Shown here piece after piece: positions 63,075 through 64,000 of a DNA stretch of 64,000 bases; the stretch's first letter is position 1; every line of letters begins with the position of its first letter. The position numbers and the translations under genes were made by a program. The stretch lies in assembly GCF_006345805.1 (NCBI RefSeq), contig NC_043000.1, positions 41,540,001 to 41,604,000 of the forward strand. Direction: 5' to 3'. Origin of the DNA: Octopus sinensis (taxonomy: Eukaryota). Under the pieces are notes generated by a model that ran no database searches, was not told where the DNA came from, and was given only the letters and a program-made list of their open reading frames with translations.

Positions 63075-64000
63075 ATATATATACGCACACATACATACAT
63101 AGTGCATACATTATATACATACATACAGTCATACATGCATAAATACGTACGTACGTACATACATACATGCATGCATACATACATACATACGTACATATAT
63201 AAAATGTATATCAATATATTTCATGCAAGAGTTAAAGAATGCTGAACAATCGAAAGTAGAGCTGAAATGGTGTGATATGAATATACACGCAAAATACAGT
63301 AAGTAGTATAGATATTAATATAAAAACGTACTACTATTTTTAAATCTCACCACGGGAGAAATTCAGCAACAGTACTTTGGAGTAAAGATTGTTTGCCAAC
63401 ATAACATGGTAGTCCTGGTTTAGGACGAATGTTGCTGTAATTTAGGCCCAGGAGACATCTATCCAGCTGGCTATACGACACAATCTGTGTCCTTATATTT
63501 TTGAACAAGGGATTCTAGCACCACCCCCACCCAGCTCAAAACAATATCTACGTATCGCGATTTCCGGGTTATTTCCCTTCATCAGAACAGAATAATTGTT
63601 CGGCTAGAGGTGGCGCCGCCAAATTCCCCTGACAACCTTGCTCAGACTACTACTTTAGCTCAGACCGTATCTTTTCTTATTGGTTTATTGAACACAGTGT
63701 ATCTTTAGTAGCAGAAAAGCGTTGACTACATTTATATGAGTGTGTGCATGTATGTATGTATGTATGTATGTATGTATGTATGTATGTATGTATGTATGTA
63801 TGTATGTATGTATGTGTGTATGTATGTATGTATGTACGGAAGTATGTATGTTCGTATTGAAAGAAAGACTGGACTTTATGACTTTATTTTTAATTAAAAA
63901 CGATACTATAGCATCATTTGGGTGTTTTAATATATCAATACTCTGCAACAAATATACCTGATCAGTAATTTCAACCCGGTTTCTAGCCAATGATAAAACA

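Noticed and set aside
63545-63595. Hammerhead-like string on the minus strand (ctgatga-aggg..cccg-gaaa-tcgcga-ta)
   Set aside because: Core is present but no stem I pairing could be drawn.

Overview
AT-rich, microsatellite-saturated animal DNA. The SINE/LINE repertoire strongly suggests an octopus (coleoid cephalopod) genome; this is an inference, not a database result. There is no intact protein-coding gene, and almost all listed ORFs are microsatellite or SINE translation artefacts. The window is a graveyard of mobile elements: at least four tRNA-type SINE families (about 40 copies), decayed non-LTR retrotransposons (R4/Dong-like with REL endonuclease and mostly bounded by (AAT)n, RTE, CR1-like, HERO-like, LINE ORF1 pieces, Penelope-like), DD37D/maT and mariner relics, MITEs and non-autonomous Helitrons. 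Two phase-compatible candidate exons on the minus strand suggest that part of the window is intronic. The most interesting signals are: (1) several type I hammerhead ribozymes, three of them inside 350-500 bp terminally redundant units anchored in (TA)n tracts, resembling retrozymes or Penelope-derived elements; (2) a ~24-copy 22-bp array whose variable junctions look like reiterative reverse transcription at the 5' end of a ~570 bp (AAT)n-targeting element; (3) a SINE whose insertions repeatedly use a TACC target end; (4) perfect or near-perfect fold-back hairpins. Repeat boundaries were read by eye and are approximate unless TSDs or TIRs are quoted.
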